Source: Prorocentrum cordatum
Taxonomy: Eukaryota
Length of the DNA: 64,000 bases
Assembly: GCA_963575745.1 (NCBI GenBank)
Contig: CAUYUJ010000214.1
Span: 434,001-498,000 of the forward strand
Reading direction: 5' to 3'
The number at the start of each line of letters is the position of its first letter. Within the stretch, counting starts at the first letter, position 1. The notes beneath the pieces were generated by a model, which made no database searches, was not told where the DNA came from, and saw only the letters and a program-made list of their open reading frames with translations. This document shows, piece by piece, positions 60,974 through 64,000 of this stretch. Made by a program: the position numbers and the translations under genes.

Positions 60974-61151
60974 TGATGGGCTTGTCTTCCACCACCACCA
61001 ACACCATAAGTTGGAGGAGGAGGAGGAGGGGGAGGAGGAGGAGGGGGAGGAGGAGGAGGAGGAGGAGGAGGAGGAGGAGGAGGAGGAGGAGGAGGAGGAG
61101 CCCTCCCTTTTCAACTTATGGTGGTGGTGGTGGTGGAAAACGGGCCCATCA
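60974..61151. mobile_element. MITE family B, copy 2, with (GGA)n core
   Basis: TGATGGGC...TTCCACCACC...CATAAGTTG and its inverse ending GGCCCATCA; imperfect TSD (TCTCA/GCTCA). Confidence 0.8.
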
Positions 61152-61759
61152 GCTCAGGGGGGACCCGTCGACTCCCAATCCCATGCATCGCCGACAGGGG
61201 CCCGACAGCCCACCCCGCCCAGGAGCGCGCGGGCGCGCCACCGAGAGGCCTCGCGCCGACCTAACGGCGACGCGCCGCGGATTCCAGCTCGGTGTCCCCT
61301 CCCTTTGAGCCGGTCCCTTCTCGTCCTTCTCCCGCATTGGGGGCGCTCTGCTCCTTGCCCAGGGCCCCGCCAAAGGCGGCGCCGTCGCCGCCAGAGGCCA
61401 AGGGGGGCCTTCGGTTCCAGTGCAGGGCCCCCCGGCTGAGATGCCTCCGCGGTGTGCCGGGGGGGCGCGCGCTGTGGGTGCCTCCCGCGGGGGCGGAGGC
61501 GGCCTCGGGCCACCTGCTCTGCAGCACAATTGCGACCTGTGCGAACCAAAGGTGCCGGGGGGCTGCGAGGCCCTGGTCAGGGCCCAGAGGCGGGGGGGGG
61601 CATCGTTCCCGTTGCACTTTGGACTGCCTTCAGGAGAGGTGCTGGCTCGTCGAGGCGGTGCCGACGAAGGAGAGCCGTGGGCGCACGGTGCCCGCGAGCA
61701 TGAGGTGGCTCGGGCCCGAGGCCGAGCTCGGGCGGGCAGGGAGGGGGAGGGGGATCATA

Positions 61760-62850
61760 GGAGGAGGGGGGGGAAGGAGGAGGAGGAGGAGGAGGAGGAG
61801 GAGGAGGAGGAGGAGGAGGAGGAGGAGGAAGAAGAAGAAGAAGAAGAAGAGAAGAAGAAGAATAAGAATAAGAAGAAGACTAAGAAGAAGAAGAGAGACG
61901 AAGAAGAAGAAGAAGAGAATAATAATAAGAAGAAGAAGAATAAGAAGAAGAAGAAGACGAGGAGGAGGAGGAGGAGGAGGAGGAGGAGCAGCAGGAGGAA
62001 CAGCAGGAGGAGCAGCAGGAGGAGCAGCAGGAGGCAGCAGGAGGAGGAGGAGGAGGAGGAGGAGGAGGAGGAGGACGGGGAGGGGGAGGAAGGACGATGG
62101 ATGGAGGAGGGAGGAGGGAGGGGAGGAGGAGGGAGGAGGAGGGAGGAGGGAGGAGGGAGGAGGGAGGAGGGAGGAGGGCGGAGGGAGGGAGGAGGGAGGG
62201 AGGAGGAGGAGGAGGAGGAGGAGGAGGGGAAAAGGGAGGAGGAGGAAAGGATGGAGGAGGAGGAGAAAAGGAGGAGGGGGAGGAGAGGAGGAGGATAAGG
62301 AAGAGGTAAGGAGGGAGGGAGAGGGAGGAGGGAGGAGGCGGACGGAGACGGGCAGGTGGTGGGAGGAGGGAGGAGGGATGATGAGGAGGAGAGAGGTGGG
62401 AGAAGGAAAGAGGGAGGAGACAGGAGGAGGAGGGAGGGAGGAGGGAGGGAGAAGGGAGGAGGGAGGGAGGAGGGAGGAGGGAGGAGAGAGGAGGGAGGAG
62501 GAGCATGAACAGGGAGAGGAGGATGGAGGAGGAGAAGGAGGAGGAGGAGGAGGAGGTGGAGGAGGAGGAGGAGGAGGAGGAGGAGGGGAGGAGGAGGGGG
62601 AGGAGGAGGAGGAGGAGGGGAGGAGGAGGAGGAGGAGGAGGAGGAGGAGGAGGAGGAGGAGGAAAGGAGGAGGAGGAGGAGGAGGAGGAGGAGGAGGAGG
62701 AGGAGGGGAGGAGGAGGGGGGACGAGGGGGGAGGAGGAGGAGGGGGAGGAGGGGGAAGGAGGAGGGGGAGGCGGACGGGGAGGGGAGGAAGGATGATGGA
62801 GGGAGGAGGAAGGATGGAGGAGAGAGGATGGAGGAGGGAGGAGGAGGAGG
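61760..62850. repeat. Degenerate (GGA)n/(GAA)n tract
   Basis: Direct inspection. Confidence 0.95.
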
Positions 62851-62879
62851 TTTTCCTCCACCCAGCAGAGGTCTGGCCA

Positions 62880-64000
62880 CTGGGGCCTTGCCAGCTCCGT
62901 GCAGCTGTCCCAAGAGGGGCCAATGAGCAATAATCCTATCCTCATTCCCGTGCTTGGGGTGCTTGCTCTGCAGAAATCGGCGCAACTTGTGCTGTGCTGC
63001 CTCATTGCGCTTCCACCCTGGGATCCCAAAACTGGGACAAACCTTGCCGAGGCCCAGTGGTTTCGTGGAAGCGTACTGGCAGCACTTCTTGCAGAACAAC
63101 AAGGTGTCACCCATCTCGGCCTCAGGCCGCGGGGTGAGCTCACACCACTCAATATCGTGTGTGTGGGCGAATTCGGTCACACACTGAAAGCTGGGCGGCA
63201 CATCGCTCTGCCTACAGTCCCGCTGGTCCAGGGAACTGTGCGGGGTCACCTTAGACCTCAAACAGAGCTTGCACTGCCAGCGGGAGGGTCCGACCTGGAT
63301 CAAATCGTGGGCGATTTTGCAGGCGGGGACCTTGGGGCACTGTGCCCGTCGGAGGTCCTTCCATTCAACTCGGGGCGCTGGCCCCGAGGCAAGGACACGG
63401 GCAGCAGCTACGGCGAATTTCGAGACCCGCGCAAGCTGGTCTTCGAGATGGGCCAGAGTGGGGCCGTGGATATCGTGCAGCTTGCAGGCCGACTTGGCAG
63501 CCTGGTCGGCCTGGTCATTTGACCAGGCCCTCCATTCAGCGGGAGACGCGGGGCTCTCAGGGACCTCCACATGGGCATTCTGCTTGTGGAGCCCTTTGAA
63601 GGCGGCGTCTTGCCGTGGCAGCCCCCTCCAGAGGCCAGCGAAACGACTTCTGGGGGTCGCGCCTGCCACAACCCCGGCACGGGCAATGGAGAGGACCGCC
63701 GAGCAATCCCCAACGTAGTCACAGGAGCCATCACGAAATCTGGCCCCTCACTAAATCGGCCTCCACGGCCGTCTGGGCCGAGGTGGGCGGGAGGGTCCCT
63801 GGGAGACGGTGGAGCTTGCCCGTGGCTGGGTTCCACTGCACAACCCCGACCCCCCCCCGACGAAGCGACTCGAGCAGCGAAGTCGAGGCCGATCCGTCAC
63901 CAGCCACGGGCTCCCCTGAGACAACACGGAACTGCGACAGACTGACCTCCTCATCCCCTACGAAAGCACGAGTGACAGACGAAGGAGGCGCGAGGTGGAG
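62880..64000 (-). mobile_element. Decayed LINE 3' region: RNase H plus Cys/His knuckles; runs off the window end
   Basis: AGDGSA..LRRGGVGVVQ..QTAVEA, HKQNAH..SNDQADQAAK, WQCKLC, LFCKKCCQYAS...GLGKVC, LRRFLQSKHP. Confidence 0.7.

Overview
Eukaryotic, GC-rich, repeat-dense genomic window. It is most likely from a dinoflagellate; this is an inference from the spliced-leader relics, the AG|G exon starts and a DNMT-bearing LINE. The dominant feature is a complete 17.9-kb Ty1/copia LTR retrotransposon at 3150-21070. It has 197-bp TG...CA LTRs differing at 7 sites, a GAAGG 5-bp target-site duplication, a half-tRNA(iMet)-type PBS and a PPT. Its coding region can be rebuilt as one polyprotein of about 5,400 aa, broken by about 6 frameshifts and 4 stops. 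The order is: Gag with three CCCH fingers and an RS domain; PR-INT-RT-RNaseH; then about 8 kb of in-frame cargo. The cargo holds an SGNH-hydrolase-like domain, a Tpt1/KptA (RNA 2'-phosphotransferase, ADP-ribosyltransferase fold) domain, a C4 zinc ribbon and an aromatic tail. Both LTRs also carry a spliced-leader-like motif. The rest of the window holds a 3-exon equilibrative nucleoside transporter gene, a decayed LINE with a C-terminal C5 DNA methyltransferase split by a 102-bp satellite array, a second LINE fragment (RNase H), several MITE families, long trinucleotide tracts (some with TSDs) and a 100-N gap. All domain calls are by-eye motif recognition; no searches were run.
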